Shown here: positions 63,345 through 64,000 of the stretch, piece after piece
How the letters are laid out: each line of letters starts with the position of its first letter
How positions within the stretch are numbered: the first letter of the stretch is position 1
Position numbers and translations under genes: made by a program
The notes under the pieces: generated by a model
Told to the model about the DNA's origin: nothing
The model's input: the letters and a program-made list of their open reading frames with translations, nothing else
The model's database searches: none
NCBI GenBank assembly: GCA_039621445.1
Contig: CP154954.1
Location: 47,223,847 to 47,287,846 of the forward strand
DNA: 64,000 nt
Source of the DNA: Euglena gracilis
Taxonomy: Eukaryota
Direction of reading: 5' to 3'

Positions 63345-64000
63345 TTACATCCGCTCCAGCCGCCAATAGTCATGGCGGGAGTCCAAGGGATCTTCCACAA
63401 GGACCATCTGGAATTGTGGTGGCTGTGGCCTGTCGACGAGCCAGGTTTCTGGCGAGTCGTAGTCGAAATCAGGTGCGATCCAGTCCCGAACCCATCCTTC
63501 GGGTACTGTCTGCTTGGTGGCACTCGCTCTTTTCGCGAGAAACCACTGCAGCTTCTCCCAGAATTTCCTGGGCAAAGTCGCTGGCCAGATGAAGTAGTTT
63601 CTCCGAGGGTGATTGGCTGACACCTGCGGGGCATTCCCCGGGTGGAAGTCGATGGGAACGTGATAGGCGCATTCCGCCCGGACTGTATGGGGTCGCAATA
63701 CGGCCCCTAGCCAGTCCTTCCAGGTCATCCCGTGTTTTTCGGGTGGCCATTGTGGTAGGCACCAGCGACCGTTTCGGTCCTGGGTTGTGAATAGGCGGAA
63801 AAGTTTCTTTTCCCTGTCCGCTGTCTCCCAGAGGTAAGGTAATCTTACCCCTGCTTCCTCAGCAGCGAGGCGTATCGCCCCACTGTCGATCTGCCACCCA
63901 CGGGCCATTCCCGTGTGGCGGTAGTCGTCGAGCTTGAGGTTGGCATATTTGAAGAAGTCCTTGAACTTTTTGTTCAAGGAGGAGTATTCCTCCAGTGGCT
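63345..64000 (-). CDS. Unknown intronless ORF in the 3' internal region of element C (open to window edge)
   Basis: At least 217 codons, Trp/Pro-rich, sense to element C. No recognised motif. Confidence 0.45.
   Translation of the reverse strand, partial: PLEEYSSLNKKFKDFFKYANLKLDDYRHTGMARGWQIDSGAIRLAAEEAGVRLPYLWETADREKKLFRLFTTQDRNGRWCLPQWPPEKHGMTWKDWLGAVLRPHTVRAECAYHVPIDFHPGNAPQVSANHPRRNYFIWPATLPRKFWEKLQWFLAKRASATKQTVPEGWVRDWIAPDFDYDSPETWLVDRPQPPQFQMVLVEDPLDSRHDYWRLERM

Overview
Eukaryotic, repeat-dense DNA. The intron signatures point to a euglenid (Euglena-like) nuclear genome; this is an inference. Three intron-rich genes were reconstructed by hand. (1) A complete minus-strand gene (2234-15221) for a signal peptide + TPM/MOLO-1-like domain + TM + RING-H2 protein with a GGGGAGDSW tail. 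(2) The 3' part of a minus-strand Rubisco-LSMT-type SET methyltransferase (16892-~20665). (3) The 3' half of plus-strand coatomer beta/COPB1 (22632-49297). Most introns are GT-AG, but at least 6-7 lack canonical ends, and most of these have base-paired termini in the +n/-(n+2) register of euglenid nonconventional introns. The introns hold many CAGG...CCTG hAT MITEs with 8-bp target-site duplications. The 3-nt/5-nt offsets of the nonconventional intron CAG/CTG motif sum to exactly that TSD length, suggesting a hAT-MITE introner origin. The SET and COPB1 genes face away from each other and both lack their 5' halves. The last ~11 kb contain a DIRS-like RT relic and three nested LTR retrotransposons with unusual TG...CT ends and a duplicated tRNA-iMet-like PBS. 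All splice models come from manual translation without transcript data.
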